Of a stretch of 64,000 nt of DNA, positions 15,589 through 26,971 are shown piece after piece; the stretch's first letter is position 1; every line of letters starts with the position of its first letter. Under the pieces are notes generated by a model, which was not told the DNA's origin, ran no database searches, and worked only from the letters and a program-made list of their open reading frames with translations. Origin of the DNA: Eledone cirrhosa (taxonomy: Eukaryota). The position numbers were made by a program, and so were the translations under genes. The stretch spans positions 46,934,001 through 46,998,000 of the forward strand of contig OZ024746.1 in assembly GCA_964016885.1 (NCBI GenBank), written 5' to 3'.

Positions 15589-16093
15589 TACCTCATTTTA
15601 CTAGTCTCAAGAACGCGTCTACACGACGTGAGAAAGAATCCCAAAAGGCGGAGGGGGAGATAGTCACGCGATATAACGGTCGAGAAACAGAGCTAAGCCT
15701 CCTATAACCACGAAGAAAATACCACGGAGGCGGAGGGGGTATTCATATCGAGGCCGCAGAAGAGGTGGTGAAGAAGGCTAGAAGTATGAGTAATGGAAGC
15801 TTTCCAGTTGTCCCCACACTTCAAAGATTGCTCGACCAGAGGGAGTTATTAACAATATATTTAGAAACACACAGATACATGCGGACACACACATATATAC
15901 ATCAATGCATCCGCACCCAACTGTGAGTTAAGGGTGCCAACTTCACCGATGTTGCTCAATGAATGACCGGGACAGACCAATTCAGTTGAACTAGACTGAA
16001 CCAGTATCAGAGTTAAAAATACATTATGAAGAGAGAAGAAACATTTAGATACAATTAGTAATAAAATGTATCATACCTAAACTGCTCCTAAAT

Positions 16094-16183
16094 TCCTCGA
16101 CTACGTAGTTTCGTGGCATAAACAAAAACAATATATCATAAAGATATAGAGTCCCTGCGAGGTCTGCCGACTTATCAAGAGGA
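16094..16183 (-). ncRNA. Type I hammerhead ribozyme (595-nt family)
   Basis: Same motif, 595 nt from the previous copy. Confidence 0.82.
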
Positions 16184-16688
16184 TACCTCATTTTACTAGT
16201 CTCAAGAACGCGTCTACACGACGTGAGAAAGAATCCCAAAAGGCGGAGGGGGAGATAGTCACGCGATATAACGGTCGAGAAACAGAGCTAAGCCTCCTAT
16301 AACCACGAAGAAAATACCACGGAGGCGGAGGGGGTATTCATATCGAGGCCGCAGAAGAGGTGGTGAAGAAGGCTAGAAGTATGAGTAATGGAAGCTTTCC
16401 AGTTGTCCCCACACTTCAAAGATTGCTCGACCAGAGGGAGTTATTAACAATATATTTAGAAACACACAGATACATGCGGACACACACATATATACATCAA
16501 TGCATCCGCACCCAACTGTGAGTTAAGGGTGCCAACTTCACCGATGTTGCTCAATGAATGACCGGGACAGACCAATTCAGTTGAACTAGACTGAACCAGT
16601 ATCAGAGTTAAAAATACATTATGAAGAGAGAAGAAACATTTAGATACAATTAGTAATAAAATGTATCATACCTAAACTGCTCCTAAAT

Positions 16689-16778
16689 TCCTCGACTACG
16701 TAGTTTCGTGGCATAAACAAAAACAATATATCATAAAGATATAGAGTCCCTGCGAGGTCTGCCGACTTATCAAGAGGA
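16689..16778 (-). ncRNA. Type I hammerhead ribozyme (595-nt family)
   Basis: Same motif. Confidence 0.82.
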
Positions 16779-17280
16779 TACCTCATTTTACTAGTCTCAA
16801 GAACGCGTCTACACGACGTGAGAAAGAATCCCAAAGGGCGGAGGGGGAGATAGTCACGCGATATAACGGTCGAGAAACAGAGCTAAGCCTCCTATAACCC
16901 CGAAGAAAATACCACAGAGGCGGAGGGGGTATTCATATCGAAGCCGTAGAAGAGGTGGTGAAGGAAGCGAGAAGTATGAGTAATGGCAGCTTTCCAGCAG
17001 CCACCACACTTCAAAGATTACTCAACCAGAGGGAGTTATTAACAATATATTTAGAAACACACAGATACATGCGGACACACACATATACATGAATGCATTC
17101 ACACCCAACCGTGAGTTAAGGGTGCCAACCTCACCGATGTTGCTCAATGAATGACTGGGACAGACCAATCCGGTTGAACTAGACGAACCAGTATCAGAGT
17201 TAAAAATACATTATGAAGAGAGTAGGAACATTTAGATATAATTAGTAATAAAATGTATCATACCTAAACTGCTCCTAGAT

Positions 17281-17364
17281 TCCTCGACTACGTAGTTTCG
17301 TGGCATAAACAATACATCATAAAGATATAGAGTCCCTGCGAGGTCTGCCGACTTATCAAGAGGA
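17281..17364 (-). ncRNA. Type I hammerhead ribozyme (595-nt family, 6-nt deletion in loop II)
   Basis: Same motif, core and stems intact. Confidence 0.82.
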
Positions 17365-17971
17365 TACCTCATTTTACTAGTCTCAAGAACGCGTCTACAC
17401 GACGTGAGAAAGAATCCCAAAAGGCGGAGGGGGAGATAGTCACGCGATATAACGGTCGAGAAACAGAGCTAAGCCTCCTATAACCCCTATAACGATTTTA
17501 TTACTAATTATATCTAAATGTTCCTTCTCTCTTCATAATGTATTTTTAACTCTGATACTGGTTCAGTCTAGTTCAACCGGATTGGTCTGTCCCAGTCATT
17601 CATTGAGCAACATCGGTGAGGTTGGCACCCTTAACTCACGGTTGGGTGTGGATGCATTCATGTATATGTGTGTGTCCGCATGTATCTGTGTGTTTCTAAA
17701 TATATTGTTAATAACTCCCTCTGGTTGAGTAATTTTTGATGTGTGGTGGCTGCTGGAAAGCTGCCATTACTCATACTTCTCTCCTCCTTCGCCACCTCTT
17801 CTACGGCTTCGATATAAATACCCCCTCCGCCTCTGTGGTATTTTCTTCGGGGTTATAGGCGGCTTAGCTCTGTTTCTCGACCGTTATATCGCGTGATTAT
17901 CTCCCCCTCCGCCTTTTGGGATTCTTTCTCACGTCGTGTAGACGCGTTCTTGAGACTAGTAAAATTAGGTA

Positions 17972-18062
17972 TCCTCTTGATAAGTCGGCAGACCTCGCAG
18001 GGACTCTATATCTTTATGATGTATTGTTTTTTGTTTATGCCACGAAACTACGTAGTCGAGGA
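17972..18062 (+). ncRNA. Type I hammerhead ribozyme (595-nt family)
   Basis: tcctc(17972) TTGATAA gtcggca...tgccac GAAAC TACGTA GTC(18057) gagga. Confidence 0.82.
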
Positions 18063-18565
18063 ATCTGGGAGCAGTTTAGGTATGATACATTTTATTACTA
18101 ATTATATCTAAATGTTCCTTCTCTCTTCATAATGTATTTTTAACTCTGATACTGGTTCAGTCTAGTTCAACCGGATTGGTCTGTCCCAGTCATTCATTGA
18201 GCAACATCGGTGAGGTTGGCACCCTTAACTCACGGTTGGGTGTGGATGCATTCATGTATATGTGTGTGTCCGCATGTATCTGTGTGTTTCTAAATATATT
18301 GTTAATAACTCCCTCTGGTTGAGTAATCTTTGAAGTGTGGTGGCTGCTGGAAAGCTGCTATTACTCATACTTCTCGCCTCCTTCACCACCTCTTCTACGG
18401 CTTCGATATGAATACTCCCTCCGCCTCTGTCGTATTTTCTTCGGGGTTATAGGAGGCTTTGCTCTGTTTCTCGACCGTTATATCGCGTGACTATCTCCCC
18501 CTCCGCCTTTTGGGATTCTTTCCCACGTCGTGTAGACGGGTTCTTGAGACTAGTAAAATGAGGTA

Positions 18566-18655
18566 TCCTCTTGATAAGTCGACAGACCTCGCAGGGACTC
18601 TATATCTTTATGATGTATTGTTTTTGTTTATGCCACGAAACTACGTAGTCGAGGA
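18566..18655 (+). ncRNA. Type I hammerhead ribozyme (595-nt family, one stem II substitution)
   Basis: tcctc TTGATAA gtcgaca...tgccac GAAAC TACGTA GTC(18650) gagga. Confidence 0.75.
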
Positions 18656-18790
18656 ATCTAGGAGCAGTTTAGGTATGATACATTTTAATACTAATTATAT
18701 CTAAATGTTCCTTCTCTCTTCATAATATATATATATATATATATACACATACATATATATATATACACATACATATATATATATATATAT

Positions 18791-18861
<71 letters not shown>

Positions 18862-18894
18862 CAAATATATACATATATATATATATATATATAT

Positions 18895-18950
18895 GTATGG
18901 ATTCACCGAACATTTATTATAATGCTCGGTGTGTTTGTAAACAAACATCC

Positions 18951-18952
<2 letters not shown>
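18895..18952 (-). mobile_element. Fragment of the 425-nt HHR family
   Basis: gtatggattcaccgaacatttattataatgctcggtgtgtttgtaaacaaacatcccg is the reverse complement of ~40904-40961. Confidence 0.8.
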
Positions 18953-19025
<73 letters not shown>

Positions 19026-19029
<4 letters not shown>

Positions 19030-19398
19030 TAAACGGAATAGAAAATGCTGACAAATTGTTCACAGTGAAAAATAGTTTAATTCGGAATAAGTGATAATTA
19101 GTAATAGTATTGGTTAGTATTAAGTTTTGGTTTTAAGTTTTACCGGTTGCGCATTTCTAATGCTTTTCAAAAATAATTTTGAGCTAGAGCGTCCGTCTTG
19201 TTTGCTCAGATCAGAGCAAGCAATACGGACGCTCTATCTCAAAATTATTTTTGAAAAGCATTTAGAAATGCGCAACCGGGAAAAACTTAAAACCAAAACT
19301 GAATACTAACCAATACAATCACTAATACTCTTTTATTCCTAATTAAACTATTTTTCAACTGTGAACAATTTGTCAGCATTTTCTATTCCGTTTACCAA
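19026..19398. mobile_element. 373-bp foldback of the 11095 family termini
   Basis: ttggtaaacggaatag...gagcgtccgt / acggacgctc...ctattccgtttaccaa; (TA)n on the left, short TA run on the right. Confidence 0.85.
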
Positions 19399-19433
19399 TA
19401 TATAATAACTTGTGTGTTACACCTCTATTCTTT

Positions 19434-19522
<89 letters not shown>

Positions 19523-19571
19523 GTCTAGTGGTAGCTATGGTGCTTCGTAGACGGTATGACAAAATTAGCAC

Positions 19572-19610
<39 letters not shown>

Positions 19611-20190
19611 CGTAAAATAAGAGCATTTTAAAAAATGTTTAAAAAATTAACTTACTTACTAAAATTTTCACTCCAACTAATTAGTTTCTGCAATGGGATA
19701 AAGACAGTTACGTAATGAGGGTGGCTTTTAGAAATAGGTCACTTTCTGAAAGTTACAGTTTTGCTGCTCCCACACCCTAATTATGTTTCAGTCAACAAAA
19801 CGATGAGGTGTGCAAAATTTCAGCTCAATCAGAGAACTGTTAGGCGACCCTCAAATGCCTTGAATTTGGAACATAGTATACGCAACGATTAATTATGTTC
19901 AAAAGCGATATACTGTTCCCTATCTCGACCATTTTCTTTTTTCTTCTTTTTATAGAAATTTATGTGGACACATCCAGGCAACCCCAGTAAATGTTTAAAA
20001 ACGTTCCGAATCAAATTTACCAAGAGTTAATTTGAAAAGTTCCTGAAATAACATGAAATGCTCAAGAAATATTAGTTTTTCTTAATAAAGCACACAACCT
20101 CTATAAGAGAAACGCATTTTTATTTACAACAATCATTTCTATAGAATCAAAAATTTAATGTGAACACTGAACACTGAATATTGAACATTT

Positions 20191-20374
20191 GGATTGGTTG
20201 TATCGGTAAAGGGTCGGACGCCATGCTTTCTAGCATAGAGTTACGGCCCTTGCCATTCTGAGTTCAAATCCTGCCGAGGTTAACTTTGCCTTTCATCCTT
20301 ACGGGGTCGATAAAATAAAGTACCAGTAATGCACTGTGATAATTGCTGGCCTTGTGCCAAAAGTAGAAACAATT
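20191..20374 (+). mobile_element. Dominant tRNA-derived SINE, near full length
   Basis: tRNA-like head with B-box gagttcaaatcc plus conserved body gcctttcatccttacggggtcgataaaataaagtaccag. Confidence 0.88.
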
Positions 20375-20391
20375 ATTATTGCGTAAGAGGG

Positions 20392-20715
20392 GATTTAGTG
20401 GCAGTTGGGTATGCTTTACGGTTTTCGATAACGATCTGTTAAACAAATTGTTTCTAGGTTTCATCTTTTGTGAGAATGTTATTGTAATCCTGAATGAGTT
20501 TGACACCTCTTTCTGCAACATCATTCACAACAACTGTCTTCTCAAGTTTTTCAAGACCACTTTTGTAACCAGGATCATCCTACCATTTTGAAGGGTCTTT
20601 GTCGAGGAACTGATAGAAAATTTCGTGAAGAAAGATTTTGTACCAGGAGTTACAAAAGACGAAAACTCGATGTTTGTAAAGGAAGAAAAGTCATTTTGGT
20701 GCAGAATGTACATCT
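20392..20715 (-). pseudogene. C-terminal fragment of a DNA transposase (hAT superfamily, hATm-like)
   Basis: ...DKDPSKW*DDPGYKSGLEKLEKTVVVNDVAERGVKLIQDYNNILTKDET*KQFV*QIVIENRKAYP; family assignment from recalled motif. Confidence 0.6.
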
Positions 20716-20780
20716 TCGGTTGATTTTTTCACCTTTGTCTGCTTCCAACATAACTTGAGCATATTTGCCTTAACCTCTCC

Positions 20781-21050
20781 GTGCTCTCTTTGCTCTCCTT
20801 TTATCCTTGCTCTCCTTTTCTGCTGTCCTCCTTACTCTCCTTTTGTCCTTGTCGTCTTTTTTCTCCTTGCTCTCCTTGTTCTCCTTGTTATCCTTGCTCT
20901 CATTGCTCTCCTTTTCTCTTTGCTCTCCTTGCTCTCCTTTTATCCTTGCTTTCCTTGTTCTCTTTTTCTTTTATTCTCCTTGCTCTCGTCGCTCTCCTTT
21001 TCTCGTTGCTCTTCTTGCTCTCCTTTTCTCCTTTCTCTCCCTTTCTCCTT
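20781..21050. repeat. Pyrimidine-rich TTGCTCTCC-type minisatellite
   Basis: Repeated ttgctctcctt units. Confidence 0.8.
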
Positions 21051-21139
21051 GTACCTATGTACGTGTTTATATACAAATACTATGAGAAAAGGGGAGCAAG
21101 GAGAAATATGAAAGCAATGATAGTAAGGAGAGTATCTAT

Positions 21140-21215
<76 letters not shown>

Positions 21216-21403
21216 CTTTTAGAATTCATTGTCCTGCGCCTGTATTGTTTTTTTGGCGGTAATATACTTCCTCATTTTTGAATCAGTTTGAGTATTTCTA
21301 TAGAACTGCTGCAGTAGCAACCTAACAGATACCTCAGGCACTGATGGTGATTATCGCTAAATACTGATATTGGTTAGATTATCAATATTAGTATTATTGG
21401 GCA

Positions 21404-21530
21404 TCCACTGATGAATTATAAGAGCCCACTTGAATATATATATGTTGATTTTATACAAGCTCCTACATAAACTGGTATATTTTCACACAAATTGTAGAAA
21501 TCTTATAATGAAACGAGACGTCCGTCTGGG
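21404..21530 (+). ncRNA. Type I hammerhead ribozyme with 77-nt branched insertion in stem II
   Basis: tcca CTGATGA ATTATAAGA [77 nt] TCTTATAAT GAAACG agacgtc CGTC tggg. Confidence 0.78.
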
Positions 21531-21710
21531 AAGAGATATATTGGATATGTCTCATATGAAATAATACAAGCAATTTTCCACACAATACATTTAGTTAGCA
21601 CCCCGAACGTTTAATTAGGAATATACTCACTTATTTCCTAATGTTTGTTGAGTGAGTTGGAATTTGGCCGGTGCATCGCAAAAAGGCTTTCTCCGATAAT
21701 GTATTTATTT

Positions 21711-22144
<434 letters not shown>

Positions 22145-22151
22145 GGATTGA

Positions 22152-22285
22152 TTAGTGTAGTGGTTAGAGTATTGGACTTAGAATCGAAAGGTTGTGAGTT
22201 CAATTCTAGGACCGCGTGATGTGTTGTCTCCTTGAGCAAGACACTTTATTTACCGTTGCTCCAGTTTACTCAGCTGTAGAGATGA
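22152..22285 (+). mobile_element. Second tRNA-derived SINE family
   Basis: A-box tagtgtagtgg, B-box gagttcaattc, body tccttgagcaagacacttta...ttgctccagtttactcagctgta. Confidence 0.75.
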
Positions 22286-22469
22286 AATGATAGGACTGGG
22301 CTCTCTATCATTAAAATTACCCAAGACACCTCCAACGAGATATACTTTAGAGGAGGCCAGCTAAACCTGCAGAGGTGTGAGCTGTCACGCACATATAAAT
22401 ATATATATATGTGTATACTCTCCTAACTATCCTTGCTCCCCTTTTCTCATTGTATTTGTATATAAACAC

Positions 22470-22537
<68 letters not shown>

Positions 22538-22883
22538 TTTCTGAATTTGTTTAGCAAGATTCTTTATAAATTCATAAATCTATAAATTCATTAATTTATA
22601 ATAAATTGGAGTGAAAGCAACTGGTGCTTGTGTTTCTTATTGGCAACATGACCCTCCCAAAGCATAACAATATATATATATATATATATTGTTATACTTG
22701 GGGAGGGTCATATTTGTGTAATATTGCCAGAATTAATAACAGAACACACTCACTGTTTGGTTGGTTTTCGCTTTTCGCTTCTGTGTCTTTTATATTGGTA
22801 ATCTAATTTATTCGGTCCTCAATGTTGCCATTGACTGACCAACAGTCAACAATAATACAGATACAAACACATATGTATAGTTT

Positions 22884-22925
22884 ATCAAAGTTCTTTCGTT
22901 GGACATCTGCAACATCGTCAGTGGT
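22884..22925 (-). ncRNA. Minimal HHR-like motif in pLTR
   Basis: acca CTGACGA t GTTG-cagatgtc-CAAC GAAAG aa CTT tgat. Confidence 0.62.
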
Positions 22926-23186
22926 GCTATTGTTTCCTCCCGTTGCATTGTATTTTCTACGCCATCTTTATTTAGTCTGTTTATATATTTATTAATTTGT
23001 TTATTTTATTTTGTCTTCTTTGGGCATGCGTTTGCGTGTGTATATAGTGTTTTGTTTGATGTGTGTTCGTGATTGGGTGACTGTGTATTGGTTAATGTAT
23101 TCTATCTTTACTAGTGTGTGTTTATATGTGTTTGTTGTTATTGTGCTTGTGTATGTATTTATTTATTTATTTATCTATTTATTTAT

Positions 23187-25655
23187 TTATACTTCTCTTA
23201 GGTCAGTGTTGTTTGTTTGGGTGGTGTTGTTATTCCATTCATTCTTTCTGTTTAGCGTTGGCCTTCTAAGTTCTATTTCACTGGCCTCTCTGATTTGCCT
23301 ATCGGCTGGGACATTTCTATGTTTAGATATTCTAATTTCTATGTTGTCTATGTTACCGTCGTGTTGTTGTCTGGCATGTTCGTATAGTACTGAACCGTTT
23401 TTTCGTCTTTTTAGTTCCCTCCAGTGTTGGTCTATCCTTTCACCTATGCTACGAGCTGTCTCGCCTATGTATGTTGTTGTCATGTTTCTGCAAGTACCCT
23501 CTGTATATCTTATGCTATAGACTACGTTTCTAGTTTTACAGTTTATCCGGGAGTTTACCTTACATATGATACATTTCCTATTAGTACAGTGGGTTTTCTT
23601 AAAAGGGTAGATTTTGCTGATCAGGGATTTTATGGTGGTTCCTGGCTTTTCTACCACCTTAATCTTTAAGTGGGTCTGTCTCAGGGCCTTTCTACACTGG
23701 TTAGCTAATTTTCCTCTAGGGGTAGCGTCCACAAACATGACACTCTGGTATCTCTGGTTGTCGTACCATGAGGTGGCTTTCCCTATCTTATGTCTAGCCC
23801 TATCTAAGCTATTCCATGATTTGCTCCTATATAATGAGCAAATTCCTTTCATGTCCAGTTCTATGAGGGTCTTATACTTCTCCATGGCTCCTTCGTATAC
23901 TCTGACTCTGTCTCTTTGGTTGTAGCCAGAGAACTGCATGCGGTTGATGAAGTGTTGGATGTGTCTTTCCATTTCTTTTGGGTCGCACATGCGGGACACA
24001 TTCTTCATCACTCGTACCAAATCTGCGATCAGAATATTAAACTTAGCACTACTGGACATTGCTGAGTTTTTGAGTATCAGGTATTTGGAGGTCATGGGTT
24101 TAATATAGTGTGAGTGGAGAATTTGGGCTCTCTAGTCTATAGTGTTAATCCAGAGTTCCGTGTCTAATACAGGTAGTCTATTGTTAGGGTGTTTGGAAGG
24201 GTAGTCGATAGTTACAGTTATACTCTGGTGTATTGAATTAGCTAGCTGCTGGATGTTTTCCATTGTGCTACGTTCTAAATCAAACTTGTTAGTGCTCTCT
24301 AGTGGGGGTGTTCTTATAACTATATTGATATCGTCTACGTAACGAGAGTACATGATGAGGTCTATGGAGCTCTCATTAAGGAGATATTTAAGTCTCCTTT
24401 CCCACCATACCATAAAAAGGTTGGCAACATCACCAGCTATGCTGACGCCAATGGCTGCTCCCTCATTTTGGGTGTAGATCTTCTCGTTGAACTTGAATAT
24501 GTGGCCCTTTAGAGTAGTTTTGATACTAGCCCCTATTGCATGTGCGACCATTTTTCTTACCTGATCATTGTTTGGGGGGTCCGTATAGCTTTGGTCCACC
24601 CAATCCACCTTCCCATGGGAGTCTTTTTAGCCATTGATGTTAATGTGGGGGGTCTACATCTTATGGGTCTACTGGGGCAGAAACGTCTAAGGTCATGGCT
24701 GTCTAGGTAGTCAGTGTCGTAGGTAAGTCTAAGTAGGAGGCCCAGTTCGTCTGTGTCGATGTCGCAGAACTCCACCTCACTCTCAATGATCATCTCCACA
24801 CATTTTTCCACAGCAAAATCAATGTTAATGGATGGGTACAGTGATACCACATCCATGCTACCTATTATGCAGTTGGATAGGTTCCTGATTTTGTTGCACT
24901 CACTGATTCTGCTGAGGAGGTCCTCTGTACTGTCACATACATCTTTATACATCCTTATTATGGGGCGTATAACCATTGAGAGGAAGTAGGAGATCCTGTA
25001 GTTGCTAGCTATATTTGCTCCGCATACGGGTCTTGTTGGTGGTCCTGTTGTCGGGTCGTCGACAGTCTTGTGGTCTTTGCGGAGCCCATACAAGGGTGGT
25101 ATGCCAATGTTGTTGGCAGTGCGTCTGCTTGGCTTTAGGATGTCGGTCCACATCATCATATGAGCGTTGAGGATTTTCTCTCTCCCATCATGTATTTGCT
25201 GTGCAATTTCGCTCGTGTTGGTGATGTGGGGTTGCATAGCCTTGATGTAGTTCGGCATGCTATCTATTGACATCCTACCAGACTTATCCGTGGGTAGACA
25301 TACTACCTCACCACACCTTGTGCGCTGATTGAGGCTAACCAAGCCTTCTACAGGTTTCCTCCCAAGTTTTCGGACCTCTGGTCTGCTCTGTCTCTTAGTA
25401 TACCGGTCTACTATTTGTCTAATCTTATTTCTAGCTATGGTGAATTGTGCTTCTCTCTCGTCATCTATTTGTTGTGGTATGCAAACTATTTTATTAAAGG
25501 ATAACCTCGTAGGATAGATATTACCCATCTTATATGTTTTGTCAGCTGGGTTGAAGAATAGTTTCTCGAAGGGGCTGTCATTATATCTAGCGTCATAGTT
25601 GTGTGTATTGCTGTTATTGTTATTATGGTGGTTGTTGTTGTTCCTATCATTAGCA
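23187..25655 (-). pseudogene. PLE reverse transcriptase + C-terminal GIY-YIG (frameshift ~24600, in-frame TAG at 24132)
   Basis: PTDKSG, LYGLRKDHK..PPTRPVC, GSMDVVSLYPSI, QNEGAAIGVSIAGDVANLFM, YSRYVDD, DYPSKHPNNRLPVLD, NVVY..YIGETARS..ER..QH, RQIREA..LNRKNEW. Confidence 0.92.
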
Positions 25656-25914
25656 TTATAAATAAATAAAATAATAAATAAATACATACACAAGCACAAT
25701 AACAACAAATACATATAAACAAACACTAGTAAACATAGAATACATTAACCAATACACATTCACCCAATCACGAACACACATCAAACAAAACGCTATACAC
25801 ACACGCAAACGCATGCGCAAAGAAGACAAAATAAAATAAACAAATAAATAAATATATAAACAGACTAAATAAAGATGGCGTAGAAAATACAATGCAACGG
25901 GAGGAAACAATAGC

Positions 25915-25956
25915 ACCACTGACGATGTTGCAGATGTTCAACGAAAGAACTTTGAT
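25915..25956 (+). ncRNA. Minimal HHR-like motif in inverted pLTR
   Basis: acca CTGACGA t GTTG-cagatgtt-CAAC GAAAG aa CTT tgat. Confidence 0.62.
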
Positions 25957-26219
25957 AAACTATATATATGTGTTTGTGTCTATATTGTATCTGTATTATT
26001 TTAGACTGTTGGTCAGTCAATGGCAACATTGAGGACCGAATAAATTAGATATAAAAGACACAGAAGCGAAAAGCGAAAACCAACCAAACAGTGAGTGTTC
26101 TGTTATTAATTCTGGCAGTATTACACAAATATGACCCTCCCCAAGTATAACAATATTTGTTTCGACACACGATTTCATATCAAAAACCTCGCAAAACTAA
26201 TTCATTTATAAATATATAT

Positions 26220-26371
26220 AACGAAGGAAATGTGGTAAGGAACCAGATGGACCATAACGCACCAAAGTACTCAATATTTAGGGTAGTAGAGGGGGTAATA
26301 GGAACGAGTAGGACCCCGACGGCTGAGCCCAAGCCGTTTCGATGGCTAATTCTGGACTAAATTTAGTCCAG
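26220..26371 (+). mobile_element. AACGAAGG-family element ending in a perfect 20-bp palindrome
   Basis: ctggactaaatttagtccag at 26352-26371. Confidence 0.75.
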
Positions 26372-26756
26372 CGTTCCTATATATATATAGATATAGTTAT
26401 ATATCTATATATATATATATACACACATATATATGTCAACCAGATAGTGATATATGTTTATTAGGGTGGACCTTAGCAATAGGTAATTTTCCTAAAGTTA
26501 TCATTTTGCTGCGAAAAATGGGTGTTTGCCCTTTACCTGCGCTCTGTCCCCAGTGTTGCAAGTTAGCTTCCCCATTATATTTATTGTCACTTATCCTTCT
26601 AATACCAGGAATAAGTCTGAACAAGTTTTTAATTTAGGAGAAAATTATATATATATATGTGTATATATATATAGAGAGAGAGAGAGAGAAAAAAGATGAA
26701 ATCGAAAATGCAACTGGAGTCTTATTTTTAAAAAAATATATATATTTATTTGGTTC

Positions 26757-26792
26757 CTTTACCGGTTTCGCAGTTCTTCTGCTTTTCAAAAG
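26757..26792 (-). ncRNA. Minimal HHR (U3-A8) in a short TA-flanked relative of the 11095 family
   Basis: ctt TTGAAAA GCAG-aagaa-CTGC GAAAC CG GTA aag. Confidence 0.72.
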
Positions 26793-26894
26793 TAGAGTTG
26801 AGATCGAGGGTCTGTGGTTTTCTCACATCTCATTTTGTAAAAAAACCTCACTTTCTAATATATATATATACAGAAAGAGGGGGATATATATGTG

Positions 26895-26971
<77 letters not shown>

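Larger units (their letters stand above)
15426..18726. mobile_element. 595-nt HHR-containing tandem array (3.5 units minus, then ~2 units plus); retrozyme-like
   Basis: Unit starts at 15426, 16021, 16616, 17208; inversion at ~17494; both outer ends terminate at ...cttcataat next to (TA)n; one HHR per unit. Confidence 0.9.
22689..26214 (-). mobile_element. Nematis-like PLE with 3' pLTR (22689-23186) and inverted pLTR (25660-26153, tail to 26214)
   Basis: RT+GIY-YIG ORF pieces between ~490-bp inverted repeats ending ttgttatacttgggagggtcat; TA flanks; clade assignment from recalled motifs. Confidence 0.85.

Noticed and set aside
15450-15644. 64-aa ORF repeated in each 595-nt unit
   Set aside because: Non-ATG start, no recognisable domain, overlaps the ribozyme and is frameshifted in the 17.9-kb copy; its recurrence only reflects the repeat
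22152-22225. tRNA gene
   Set aside because: No acceptor stem or terminator; continues into a SINE body
24557-25726. 389-aa ORF as an intact gene with hydrophobic N-terminus
   Set aside because: The first ~25 aa are read-through from the inverted pLTR; the RT is frameshifted downstream
26461-26640. TAGGGTG-type hATm terminus (also cacccta at ~19773)
   Set aside because: No matching partner TIR or target-site duplication identifiable; the 19773 orientation does not fit the transposase fragment
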